Source: a virus. Taken from it: DNA of 47,491 nt. Of this stretch, positions 34,412-43,940 are shown piece by piece. The notes under the pieces were generated by a model, which was given only the letters and a program-made list of their open reading frames with translations, was not told where the DNA came from and ran no database searches. The stretch is from IMG/VR virus record IMGVR_UViG_3300037722_000333, positions 1 to 47,491 of that record, one strand, 5' to 3'. The translations under genes were made by a program, and so were the position numbers. The first letter of the stretch is position 1. Every line of letters starts with the position of its first letter.

Positions 34412-36303
34412 TGGCTGAGAAAAGTAAAAGAATTCGTCTTTCTGAGAATGTTGTTATTTCCCAGAAACAGCATGATGATTTGCTGCGTTTTATCACAGCG
34501 CGGTTGCAGTTCGGTAATGAAATTCGCGATGAGATGTTGGATAAATTTGAGCAGATTGACCGCGAATTGAACGGTAGTATTCAACTGGATCAAGATGATA
34601 AGAAGAGGGATCGAGATAATAAGAAGGGGAAATCACCGAAACCTGTGGATACGAATTTACCGCTTACGTTAATTCAGATTGACGACGCGGTTACTTACGC
34701 GCTCTCTATACTGTGTCCAGATGGTGGAATGTATCAGGCTATAACTGACAGTGATCGGCAGGAAATTGCTCAAGGATTTGCTCGGCTTATGAATGAGCAA
34801 GCACGAGAATTCAGTCATTACACAGCCTACGCGCGATCGTTGAGGGATATGTATACCTATAATATGGGCGGATTGATTGTAGAATGGAAAATTCTCAACC
34901 GTCCTCAAGTTGCGAATAATCCAAATGGTGCGATTGAAATTAATAATGAGGATCAATTTGTGGGGAATAAGTTGATCCCAATTGATACGTATAATTTCAT
35001 TTGGGATTGGACTACATTGCCGACAAAGCTATATTGTGAGGGAGAGTTCTTCGCTACTGTGGAAGCGTATACGCAATTTAAGATACGTAAGGCTACTAAT
35101 GCTAAGGATATGTATGGTGCTGAGGAATTTTTAAAAGATGCCGACTTGACTCCGGCTAACAGTTCAGTTAGATATCTACGTCAACGACCTGAAATTGGAG
35201 TTGAAGGTTCCACCGGAGATAGAAGTCGAGGCTCGCAGGATTTTGATTCTCTACTATCGCAGGGAAATTATCAGAAAATTGGAGGAATTTGGGAGAAGAT
35301 TGACTTCTACGGATGGATAATCCCGTCGAAATATGGGCTGTCCACGGATGATGAATTGCAGATTTGGCGAATTCGTTTGCTCACGGATGGGAAAATTGTT
35401 AATGCCGAGCCATTGCGTAATGCGCATGGACAGCTACCGGCGGTAATCGGAATGCCGTGGGATGATGGGTTCGATCTTCATACTCGCAGTTATGCAGATT
35501 TGTTACTTGCACTCAATCGATTTGCTAGTTTTCAGATGAATACACATCAACGAGCTGCGAGGAAATCTCTCTATGGATTGACTTTCTACAACAGTAATAT
35601 GGTGGATTTGGAAGGTGTGGATGATTTATTGGCGGGGAAAATCCCGGTTAATCTAATGGGCAGTGATATGGATATCCGAAAGGTTGTTCATCAAATAACA
35701 GATGTGCCGGATACAGCCAATACGTTGCAAGATATCAAAGCAATTCGCGATATTATGCAGGCTATCTTACCGACGGATATTATCAACAATATCACAGGGT
35801 TGGAACGCGCTACTGAATATCAAGCGGCGGCAACTGTGCAAGGTAGCAATCGACGTGGTCATAAGATAACAAAAACTACTGATGATCAAGCATTTGCACC
35901 TGCGCGTGGAATGATGTATCTCAATACCCGTGAGTACGCTATTGAGATGGAGATTATCGATGAAAATGGCAATACTACGAAAATTAGCCCAAAGGAAATC
36001 CGCGATATTAAGATGAAGTTCTCTATTAACGATGGATTGAAAGGAATTGATAAGCTAATCGTTACGCAGGGGTTGAAGGAGATTATCGGGATGATCCTTC
36101 AATCTCAAGAGCAGAGCAAGGTGGATATTTTGAAACTGGTGGATTACTGGACAGATTTAATTGGGGATAAGACTGATTTCACTACTTTCAAATATAAATC
36201 TCCAATGGATGCGTTACCGCCTGAACAGAAGGAAATAGCAATGCAGCTATTGCAGAACTATATTCAACAGCAGAAGGGCGGGAGTCAGCAGAATGTCGTA
36301 TAA
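34411..36303 (+). CDS. portal protein
   Basis: 630 aa. The start overlaps the terL stop (TGATG). Canonical position between terL and scaffold/capsid. Confidence 0.7.
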   Translation: MAEKSKRIRLSENVVISQKQHDDLLRFITARLQFGNEIRDEMLDKFEQIDRELNGSIQLDQDDKKRDRDNKKGKSPKPVDTNLPLTLIQIDDAVTYALSILCPDGGMYQAITDSDRQEIAQGFARLMNEQAREFSHYTAYARSLRDMYTYNMGGLIVEWKILNRPQVANNPNGAIEINNEDQFVGNKLIPIDTYNFIWDWTTLPTKLYCEGEFFATVEAYTQFKIRKATNAKDMYGAEEFLKDADLTPANSSVRYLRQRPEIGVEGSTGDRSRGSQDFDSLLSQGNYQKIGGIWEKIDFYGWIIPSKYGLSTDDELQIWRIRLLTDGKIVNAEPLRNAHGQLPAVIGMPWDDGFDLHTRSYADLLLALNRFASFQMNTHQRAARKSLYGLTFYNSNMVDLEGVDDLLAGKIPVNLMGSDMDIRKVVHQITDVPDTANTLQDIKAIRDIMQAILPTDIINNITGLERATEYQAAATVQGSNRRGHKITKTTDDQAFAPARGMMYLNTREYAIEMEIIDENGNTTKISPKEIRDIKMKFSINDGLKGIDKLIVTQGLKEIIGMILQSQEQSKVDILKLVDYWTDLIGDKTDFTTFKYKSPMDALPPEQKEIAMQLLQNYIQQQKGGSQQNVV

Positions 36304-36580
36304 TCTCAAACTCAATTATTCACGATTTGATGATGTGCAGAAATTCGAAATGCAGCATCTTGGATTAATTCCAGAATTTCGCGAATTGTTAGCGCAGACG
36401 ATTCTCGGTATTCGAAATGATATGTCATCTACATCATGTACAGATGGTAATACGGTACAGTATACACTCAATATGTCTTATCTACGCGGAAGGCTGGAAG
36501 CGTTGGAAGAACTCCAGCAATTGATTATACAAATAAGAAATGAGTCCAACTTAGAAATCGTGGAGAGAGAAAATGGCTGA
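36293..36580 (+). CDS. hypothetical head-module protein (95 aa)
   Basis: Overlaps the portal 3' end and the scaffold 5' end, so it is coupled. Confidence 0.5.
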   Translation: MSYNLKLNYSRFDDVQKFEMQHLGLIPEFRELLAQTILGIRNDMSSTSCTDGNTVQYTLNMSYLRGRLEALEELQQLIIQIRNESNLEIVERENG

Positions 36581-37307
36581 GCAGTCTAATGGCAGTGTTC
36601 CGAATTCGGGTAATCGTGGGCAGGAGAACCCGGAACAGATGCGGGATACTGGAAATAACCAAAATTCAGGAAATAACGGTACGGATAACGTTGATCCTCT
36701 CAGGAACTTCTGGGATAATAAGGTAACAACTCCAGAGAATAAAACTCCGGAAACTGTTTATGTTAAAGAGCAGCAGAATAAAACGCCGAGTGACGAATGG
36801 CAGGAACATGTTAAATCGTTGGGGTTCGATGATATTGATTTGGATGGAATTCAATCAGATATCATGGAGGGTAAGACTGACTCGCTTAAGACTGCATTTG
36901 CAGCTATGGCTGAGAAGGTATATAAGAGCAGTTTGCTCACAAACAAGTCGGTTATTGATAATGCGGTTAAGGCCGCAGTTTCTGAAGCGGTGAGTAAGGC
37001 AGTTGGCACTACTAGCTCAAACGCAGCTCTCGAAATGATGCATCAGCAGCTTCCATTTACTAGCGATGCAGCTATTGAGCCGGTGGCGAAAGCTGTACTG
37101 GCTAAATCATTGAAAGATGGTAAGAAGCCGGCTGAAGCTATCGAAACTACGCGAAAATTCTTCGAACGTATGCAGAATATTACTGCGAAGGAATTGAACA
37201 AAGGTAAACCGCCTCGATCTTCCAGTAATTCTGATTTTGCCAATATGTTTGGTGACCAGGAAGAAGAAACTGACTGGACAGCATTACTCACTGGCACTCA
37301 AGACTAG
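36573..37307 (+). CDS. scaffolding protein
   Basis: 244 aa. N/G/Q-rich N-terminus, then a helical A/K/E-rich region. Immediately precedes the capsid gene. Confidence 0.55.
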   Translation: MAEQSNGSVPNSGNRGQENPEQMRDTGNNQNSGNNGTDNVDPLRNFWDNKVTTPENKTPETVYVKEQQNKTPSDEWQEHVKSLGFDDIDLDGIQSDIMEGKTDSLKTAFAAMAEKVYKSSLLTNKSVIDNAVKAAVSEAVSKAVGTTSSNAALEMMHQQLPFTSDAAIEPVAKAVLAKSLKDGKKPAEAIETTRKFFERMQNITAKELNKGKPPRSSSNSDFANMFGDQEEETDWTALLTGTQD

Positions 37308-37334
37308 CGGTGCTACTAACTAGAGGAAAAGAAA

Positions 37335-38525
37335 ATGGCAGTTAAGGGCGTGTTTACGAGTGACGCCGGAATTGTGGGTGATAGGAAAGGCGATTTCGCA
37401 TCGTCCCTTCTGCGGGTAATGCCTACAGGTTCGGCACAGCTATTGGCGCTTTCGTCGGGTATGGAATCTCATCCTGCGATGGATCCGGTAGTTACGTGGT
37501 TTGAAGAGAACCATATCTCCGGGCGTATCAATGCTACCAACAGTGCGGGAACGGGTTCAACCGTAATCGTCAGCGATGCAAGTTTCGTAATCGCTGGCAG
37601 CGTGTTTCTCGTCGAAGCATCTGGCGAGCATATCTTCATTAACAGTGTCAGCGGCAGCACGCTTACTGTTACTCGTGGATTTGCTGGAACTACGATTACG
37701 TCATTCGACGGCAGCTCTACGCCGGTTCCGATCCAACGAATTGGTACTGCGTTCGAAGAGGCCAGTTCGCGGCCGACGGGCGTGGCAAATCTCGGATATC
37801 CGCGCTACAATTTCGTGCAGATTTTCCGAAATGCCTGGGATGTTTCGGGAACTGCTAGGCAAGTTCAGTTCTACACTGGCGATGTGGTTGCTAAGAACCA
37901 AGCAGATGCGGGGTTCTTTCACGCGGAGGATATCGAGCGTGCGCTGTGGTTCAGTAAGCGTTCGGTAGGTCATCTCAATACTAAGCCATTCCGCACGATG
38001 GACGGTATTGACTCGCAGATTACCGTGAACGTGGAAGCAGCGACAACTCCGGTTAGTTACGTTGATTTGCGCAATTTTCTGGAGGCGGTATTCGCTCGAA
38101 ATATCAAGGGCAAGCCGAATGAGCGAATTGCTTTCTGCGGAAATACGGTACTCGGCGTGATCGATACACTCGCAATGACATTCGGTGTCATGAATTTGAA
38201 ACCGGGCGCTACTGAATTCGGCATGAAGGTCACAAAGTGGATGACGCCATTTGGCGATATCTCACTTATGACGCATCCGCTGTTCAATGAGTCGCCGCTG
38301 TGGACGAAGGATTTGTATGTTCTTCATCCTGGCGCCATTCGTATGCGTTGGTTGCGGCGTACTAAGCATGATCCGTATGATCGTGACGGAAGTCGTGCTG
38401 GTGTTGATGCTGATTTCGGCGTTTATACGTCGGAACTTTGCATTGAATATAAAGCAGATGCAACCGGTGGAAAGTACACTGGCATTGATACTGCCGCGGT
38501 TGCTGGTCTGGATGCTACAGCATAA
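37335..38525 (+). CDS. major capsid protein
   Basis: 396 aa with a strong RBS (GAGGAAAAGAAA). Position after the scaffold. Followed by a terminator-like hairpin. Confidence 0.75.
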   Translation: MAVKGVFTSDAGIVGDRKGDFASSLLRVMPTGSAQLLALSSGMESHPAMDPVVTWFEENHISGRINATNSAGTGSTVIVSDASFVIAGSVFLVEASGEHIFINSVSGSTLTVTRGFAGTTITSFDGSSTPVPIQRIGTAFEEASSRPTGVANLGYPRYNFVQIFRNAWDVSGTARQVQFYTGDVVAKNQADAGFFHAEDIERALWFSKRSVGHLNTKPFRTMDGIDSQITVNVEAATTPVSYVDLRNFLEAVFARNIKGKPNERIAFCGNTVLGVIDTLAMTFGVMNLKPGATEFGMKVTKWMTPFGDISLMTHPLFNESPLWTKDLYVLHPGAIRMRWLRRTKHDPYDRDGSRAGVDADFGVYTSELCIEYKADATGGKYTGIDTAAVAGLDATA

Positions 38526-38544
38526 GTAGCGCGGAAGTTAATTT

Positions 38545-38578
38545 GGAGAGTTGGCACTCGCTGGCTCTCCTCTTTATT
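38545..38578 (+). terminator. terminator/attenuator after the major capsid gene
   Basis: GGAGAGTTGG-CACTCG-CTGGCTCTCC (10 pairs, three of them G.U) followed by TCTTTATT. Confidence 0.5.
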
Positions 38579-38610
38579 CGATAGTTGGGTTTAACGGATT
38601 GGAGATTATC

Positions 38611-39120
38611 ATGACGGAAATGGAAACGTACGTTTCGCCAAAAGCGAGATCGCTTAAATTGAAAATCGGCGGCGGAAGAAAGCCTATCCAATTCGTGGAA
38701 GGTGAATTTCGGACAGATGATCCGGAAGTTATCGCCTTTCTCGACGAGAGTATTAAATTGCCACATGTTTCTCAGCTGGTGCGTAAGGTTGATGTGGCAG
38801 AAGCTGAGCGGATTTCTAAAAGTTATCAGCGGCAGGCTGCGGCAGTTAAGGGGCCGTTCACTGCTGAACATGCGGCAGCGCCGGCTCGACAGGCACTTGA
38901 AGCACGCGATGCTGAGCTACTGGCCAGTGGTGCAGATGCCGCTAGTTTGGCCAAGATGCGCGAAGAATTGAATGAACAGGGATTAATGCTTACTGAGAGT
39001 GTTGATCCCGAGAAAACTGCGGTTAAGGCAGATGATGGGTTTATCCCGGAGTCGAGGCAAACACCAGCTGAAAATGCGCAAGTGAAGAACATGCTCGGAT
39101 TGGGGAAGAAGGCCGAATAA
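38611..39120 (+). CDS. hypothetical head-associated protein (169 aa)
   Basis: Start moved to ATG 38611, behind GGAGATTATC. The track start (38551) lies inside the terminator hairpin. Confidence 0.55.
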   Translation: MTEMETYVSPKARSLKLKIGGGRKPIQFVEGEFRTDDPEVIAFLDESIKLPHVSQLVRKVDVAEAERISKSYQRQAAAVKGPFTAEHAAAPARQALEARDAELLASGADAASLAKMREELNEQGLMLTESVDPEKTAVKADDGFIPESRQTPAENAQVKNMLGLGKKAE

Positions 39121-39827
39121 TGTTCAGTGAACTCATCGACAGTTCGTTAGTACGGTCGGGGCGTCCAAGTAAGTTATTGGACGCTACCGCTTTTCTTCTC
39201 GGCAGTATTCGAGAATGTGAGACATTGGATTATTGCGCATTTCGTAAATCTCTGATTGAGGATACGATAACAGCTACGGCTGATCCGCATATATTCATCC
39301 CGACTGATTTAATTAGAATTGTGCAGACAGTGAAATATCCTGCATATGGTATTTTCCCGAAATTCATTCCGCCGGGTAGACGACAATTGGGAGAGGATTA
39401 TTACTATTATGGTGCCGGGAATTATTATGTATTTGAAGGTGCGGCAGTTGATGATGAGATAGATATCGCATACTATATATTTCAGCCTGCATTGCTTTAT
39501 TATGAAATTGGTGAGCGTCCTGCGGTTTTTCATGGATATCCTACTACGGCTGCTGATGTATTGAATGATACGGGAGATTGGTTATATCTCCAGCCTGATA
39601 ATTCATATGCAGTTTCTCTATCTGGTGGCGCTACTGCGGAAGAAGCGGCGCGAGCACTCGTTACGAATTGGTTATTGGATGGATGGCGTCATGTGCTAGC
39701 AGAAGGAATTCACGCGAAAATACTGAATGACCACAATGACGATAGAGCGCCGAAATCATTCGCTCTATATAAGTCATATCAGAAAGATTTAAAAAACGCT
39801 GAAAACCATGTGAGTTTGATGCAGTGA
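39120..39827 (+). CDS. putative head-tail adaptor / tail tubular A-like protein (235 aa)
   Basis: TAATG coupling. The call rests on position and size only. Confidence 0.35.
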   Translation: MFSELIDSSLVRSGRPSKLLDATAFLLGSIRECETLDYCAFRKSLIEDTITATADPHIFIPTDLIRIVQTVKYPAYGIFPKFIPPGRRQLGEDYYYYGAGNYYVFEGAAVDDEIDIAYYIFQPALLYYEIGERPAVFHGYPTTAADVLNDTGDWLYLQPDNSYAVSLSGGATAEEAARALVTNWLLDGWRHVLAEGIHAKILNDHNDDRAPKSFALYKSYQKDLKNAENHVSLMQ

Positions 39828-40189
39828 AATTCTCCCTGAATGAAGTTATGGGCATCATGGGGATTTTCACGGGGATGATAGTGCAGGTTTTTGCTGTTAT
39901 CCGGTTCTTCAATACGAAGATAGATGATGTGTCGGATAAGCTAGATAGGAGGATTTCTGCATTGGATGATGAGTTAGCTAAAAAAAACGCCAGACAGCAC
40001 GAGAGGATGGATGTTGCGTTCAAGGAGATTGAATTATCGCATCGTGATTGCGGGGAAAAATATGCACAATTGGGTGTTCAAGTAGCTAGATCAGAAGCAC
40101 ATTTAGCAAATGCCATTACACAACTATCCGATTTGAATAGTAAATTGCACGGGCAAATTCCAGATAGATTGAAAAATGGTGGCGATTAA
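39824..40189 (+). CDS. membrane-anchored coiled-coil protein (121 aa)
   Basis: N-terminal TM segment VMGIMGIFTGMIVQVFAVIRFF followed by a heptad-like charged region. GTG start overlaps the upstream stop (GTGA), so the start is uncertain. Confidence 0.45.
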   Translation: MKFSLNEVMGIMGIFTGMIVQVFAVIRFFNTKIDDVSDKLDRRISALDDELAKKNARQHERMDVAFKEIELSHRDCGEKYAQLGVQVARSEAHLANAITQLSDLNSKLHGQIPDRLKNGGD

Positions 40190-40481
40190 ATCAGCGAAAG
40201 ACATCCAGTCAGAATTTTTTAGTCCGGCTTCTGAGATAGATGCAGATTTTCTTCGTTATGTGTATGAGAACTTCCAAATCATTAAGGACATTCTCTACAA
40301 TGGAATTACAACCCAGTTCGTCACAGTTAATGACCAACTGCTTACGGTGGTTGGTGGAATTCTGGTGGGGATTGAGCCCTCGTTTGACGGTGTAGCAGAT
40401 GCAATGTTGTTGGAAACTGGGGATTATCTCTTGTTGGAAAGTGGCGACAATCTCTTATTTGAAGAAACGGTCGTTATCTAA
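40176..40481 (+). CDS. hypothetical tail-module protein (101 aa) with LLE(T/S)GD tandem repeat
   Basis: The C-terminus AMLLETGDYLLLESGDNLLFEE is encoded by a 24-nt tandem duplication. Confidence 0.5.
   Translation: MVAIKSAKDIQSEFFSPASEIDADFLRYVYENFQIIKDILYNGITTQFVTVNDQLLTVVGGILVGIEPSFDGVADAMLLETGDYLLLESGDNLLFEETVVI
40407..40454 (+). repeat. 24-nt tandem duplication inside a CDS
   Basis: ttgttggaaactggggattatctc / ttgttggaaagtggcgacaatctc, 20/24 identical, encoding LLETGDYL / LLESGDNL. Confidence 0.85.
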
Positions 40482-42118
40482 TGGCTGACACTAAGCTATC
40501 AGCATTATCGGAGGCTATCACAATTTCAGGCGGAGAAGGCCTGTATATGGTGGAAGATATTGCCGGTACTCCGGCCAGTAAGTTACTCCCGATTGCTGTA
40601 CTTGAAGACTACATCGAAACAATTATCGGGGCAATGGTTGCTAGCAATACCGAGACTAGAATAACGGTTACATTCTCGGCAGGTAAGCTGAATTTCGTGG
40701 TGGACTTGCAATCTGCGAATGATTTCACGAATACGCTCAAGACGAAGTTGGATGGGATTGATGCAGGTGCGAATGTAAACCCAAGTACAATTTCTCAAGC
40801 TGAAGCTGAGGCGGGAACTGCTACTACGGCGAGATTGTGGACTGCTGAGAGAGTTGCGCAGGCAATTGCTGCATTAGAAAGTGGCGGCGGTGGTGGAGGT
40901 AGCGGGGATGTAGTTGGCCCCGCAAGTGTAATCGATAATCGTGTAGTTAGATGGAATGGAACAACAGGGAATTTAATCCAAGAGTCAACCGTAACTATCG
41001 ATGATAGTGGCAATATTTCTGGTATTGTTAATATAACATTATCGGGGACGGTGGATGGACGGGATATTGCAACAGACGGAACAAAACTCGACGGAATTGC
41101 AACTGGAGCTACCGCTAACGATACCGATGCAAACTTACGTGCGCGAGCAAGCCACACTGGAGCTCAGGCCCTTGCAACCATATCGGATGCGGGTGCCCTT
41201 GCTGCATTGGATACAGTTGGAACTTCTCAAGTAGATAACCTGGCGATAACTTATGCAAAAATACAGAATGTATCAGCAACTGCAAGACTGCTGGGTCGAG
41301 ATACTGCTGGGGCCGGGGTAGTTGAGGAACTAGCTGCTGCGACAGTTAGAACTATGTTGAATGTTGCGGATGGGGCTGAGGCGAATACTGTAGACAGTGT
41401 TAATGCGGCGACTGGCACGGTAGTGTTGGACCCAGATGACTTAGATGATACCGCAACGACGAATAAGTTTACAACTGCGGCGGAGATTAGTAAGCTTGCG
41501 GGGATTGAAGTAAGCGCTGATGTAACGGATGCTGCTAATGTTGACGCAGCCGGCGCAGTTATGGAAGCCGACTTCAATGCCAATACTGTACTAGCGGCTA
41601 CAGGTGATAATACGCCGGCCGCTCTTACGGTGGCAGAGCAGACGTTAGTGGGGCGGATTACAGCGGGGAATATCGCGGCTCTCACTGTTTCGCAGATTAG
41701 GACCTTGCTTAATATCGTAGATGGTGATTTGTATGCTAGGAAATTGGATAATCAGGAGACGACCAATCTAACGACGGAAGCCGCTACGAGTTTCACGATT
41801 GGGCAACTTGGATATGTAGACAGTAGCGGAACAGTGTCAGCTGCGGATGCCAGTGCAGAAGCTACTGGCGGGGATGTTATGTTGATAATGGCTGCGGGGA
41901 CTGTCGGAACTGCTGCGGCTGCTGATTTTGTTACTCGTGGAATTATCACACTTTCAGGTTTGACTGCCGGTGCGCTGTACTATCTGTCAGAGACGGCAAA
42001 AGCGATAACAGTTACGGCGCCGAGTACAAGTGGTGCGATTGTTCGACCGGTTGGTTATGCGTTGACGACGACTAAGTTTATGTTCAGTCCAAGTATGAGT
42101 TGGGGAGAAATTACATAA
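40481..42118 (+). CDS. tail fibre protein 1 (545 aa)
   Basis: Repeated K-L-x-G-I-x-x-G-A-x-x-N motifs (KLDGIDAGANVN, KLDGIATGATAN, KLAGIEVSADVT). Poly-Gly linker SGGGGGSGD. Shares a module with the 46647 fibre. Confidence 0.7.
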   Translation: MADTKLSALSEAITISGGEGLYMVEDIAGTPASKLLPIAVLEDYIETIIGAMVASNTETRITVTFSAGKLNFVVDLQSANDFTNTLKTKLDGIDAGANVNPSTISQAEAEAGTATTARLWTAERVAQAIAALESGGGGGGSGDVVGPASVIDNRVVRWNGTTGNLIQESTVTIDDSGNISGIVNITLSGTVDGRDIATDGTKLDGIATGATANDTDANLRARASHTGAQALATISDAGALAALDTVGTSQVDNLAITYAKIQNVSATARLLGRDTAGAGVVEELAAATVRTMLNVADGAEANTVDSVNAATGTVVLDPDDLDDTATTNKFTTAAEISKLAGIEVSADVTDAANVDAAGAVMEADFNANTVLAATGDNTPAALTVAEQTLVGRITAGNIAALTVSQIRTLLNIVDGDLYARKLDNQETTNLTTEAATSFTIGQLGYVDSSGTVSAADASAEATGGDVMLIMAAGTVGTAAAADFVTRGIITLSGLTAGALYYLSETAKAITVTAPSTSGAIVRPVGYALTTTKFMFSPSMSWGEIT

Positions 42119-42181
42119 TGATTGAATTTCAATATAATCCGTTTCGTTGTAGCGGGTTTTTCGTGTCTGCGAGGTGATTTG

Positions 42182-42586
42182 TTGGACTATTACGAGATTC
42201 TCAACAGCGAGCTGACGGTCGATCCGAGGGGCATCGGGTATTTAGGCTTGTCCAATGCTGACGCGGCGATGGCATTCAATCTACCTCGCAATGTTGAGCG
42301 CGACTATCTCAGCGGGTCGGAGATATACAATGCGATCGCCCCGACTGAATTCACGGCGCTGGCCGATCCGCAGAAGCAGCTTGTCCGGGACATTTTCAGC
42401 CTGGGCGATGTCATAGACGTGCGGACAAACACCAATGTCAGGGCTGTCCTGCTGGCCATCTTCAACGCGCAATCCACGACGCGCGCTAATCTGGCCGCGG
42501 CGATTGCGACGCAGAAAAGCCGGCCCGCTGAACTTGGCATTTTGGAAGCGAGCGAATCCGACGTGGCGCGCGCGAGGTCGATGTAA
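42182..42586 (+). CDS. hypothetical protein (about 134 aa), first gene of the GC-rich cassette
   Basis: The track ORF begins at TTG 42122. I favour TTG 42182 (or 42179) behind GAGG at 42171. Start uncertain. Confidence 0.45.
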   Translation: MDYYEILNSELTVDPRGIGYLGLSNADAAMAFNLPRNVERDYLSGSEIYNAIAPTEFTALADPQKQLVRDIFSLGDVIDVRTNTNVRAVLLAIFNAQSTTRANLAAAIATQKSRPAELGILEASESDVARARSM

Positions 42587-43104
42587 TGGCGACAGGCGAT
42601 ATCAGCCAGAAATGGGCGGCTGACACACAATTAACAATTACTCTGGCATCGCTTGCGAGCGACACGAACCTGCTTGCGGGTCGAGAATCCGCGGCCTACC
42701 AGATCGACGGGCTGAGTTTTGTTGAGGACGTGTTGCTGTCCGGCAAGATCACAACAGGCACCAGCCCGACCGATGCCCGAAAAATCGAGGTATGGGTTGC
42801 AGCACCGATCAACGACACGCCGACATGGCCGGACGTGTTAGACGGCACGGACAGCGACGAGACCATTACCAGCGAACAGATAAAATTCGGCGCATTACGA
42901 TTGGCGGCGGTTCTCCCAACGAACAATGCTAGTGACACTACGTATCCGTTCGCGCCTGTCTCGGTCGCTTCTCTTTTCGGCGGCGTTTTGCCGACAGATA
43001 TCGTCGTATTCGTGGTTCACAACACGGGCGTCAACCTGAATTCTACAGGCGGAAACCATGAAATAAGCGTCCAGCCGATCTATCGGAACGCAGTTCTGGC
43101 GTAA
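42586..43104 (+). CDS. hypothetical tail-module protein (172 aa), GC-rich cassette
   Basis: TAATG coupling on both sides. Confidence 0.55.
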   Translation: MATGDISQKWAADTQLTITLASLASDTNLLAGRESAAYQIDGLSFVEDVLLSGKITTGTSPTDARKIEVWVAAPINDTPTWPDVLDGTDSDETITSEQIKFGALRLAAVLPTNNASDTTYPFAPVSVASLFGGVLPTDIVVFVVHNTGVNLNSTGGNHEISVQPIYRNAVLA

Positions 43105-43940
43105 TGCAGTTTTCAGGTAACAGGTTTCCCCCGCCGCCGTTTCGGGTCAACCGTGCCCACCCGTTGGCACGGGGTCTGGTCGGCGCGTGGTTTCCGAATA
43201 TCAGCCTCGCCTATCAGGGGTTGATGTTGGATATCAGTGGAAACGGCTTCAATGCGAGCCAGCCGACGGCGGGAACAAACTCGCACTCGACTATAGACCG
43301 GTTGTCCGCGATTGGCGTTATTCCATCAGCGGACTACCGTGTTACCTTGCCGTCCTGGATTGACCTGACCGCAGGTTACACAATGGCGGCGTGGACGGCG
43401 GTTCCGGCGGTTAATACCTACGCGATGGCGCTCGGCGATTCAGTCACGAACAAGGGGCCGCACCTCGGCCGCTTCACGACAGGGCCCTTCCGGCATGGTG
43501 TTTGGGGCGACGGGGTGATTGATGTAACGCCGACGATCTCGGCCAACGAGCCGCTGCTGCTGGCGGGCGTATTTGACGCGAGCGGTGCGGGCTCACTGTA
43601 TGAAAACGGTCGTCAGATAGGCAGTGGTACACTCACTTTCACGACGCCGACGAACAATTACGTATGGCTGGGCTCGCTGCCTAATGGCGCGTCGAATGCC
43701 ACGGTGCCTGTGGCTGCGTGGATGTTGTGGAGCAGGCCGTTAAGTGCGGCGGAAATGTGGTCGCTATACGCACCGCAAACGCGGTGGGGGCTTATTTCTA
43801 AACCAGACATGCGTTCTGTTGTTCCGCTTGTGGCAGCGGGCGGCGCGGCAACCATCCTACCGTATAATATTGCGAATTTATCAAAAATTGATGGAGTTTT
43901 ATCTTCAGGAATGAGTAAATTTTTAGGTGTTGATCTTTAA
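43104..43940 (+). CDS. LamG / concanavalin-like lectin-fold protein (278 aa)
   Basis: The core ..WTAVPAVNTYAMALGD..HLGRF..GVWGDG..PLLLAGVFDASGAGSLYENGRQIGSGT resembles the Laminin_G_3 pattern. The last ~27 codons are AT-rich, unlike the rest. Confidence 0.45.
   Translation: MQFSGNRFPPPPFRVNRAHPLARGLVGAWFPNISLAYQGLMLDISGNGFNASQPTAGTNSHSTIDRLSAIGVIPSADYRVTLPSWIDLTAGYTMAAWTAVPAVNTYAMALGDSVTNKGPHLGRFTTGPFRHGVWGDGVIDVTPTISANEPLLLAGVFDASGAGSLYENGRQIGSGTLTFTTPTNNYVWLGSLPNGASNATVPVAAWMLWSRPLSAAEMWSLYAPQTRWGLISKPDMRSVVPLVAAGGAATILPYNIANLSKIDGVLSSGMSKFLGVDL

Noticed and set aside
42118-42177. 19-codon ORF (MIEFQYNPFRCSGFFVSAR), TAATG-coupled to tail fibre 1
   Set aside because: It is too short and featureless to call. 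It is more likely the remnant of the gene replaced by the GC-rich cassette. It is mentioned under that finding.
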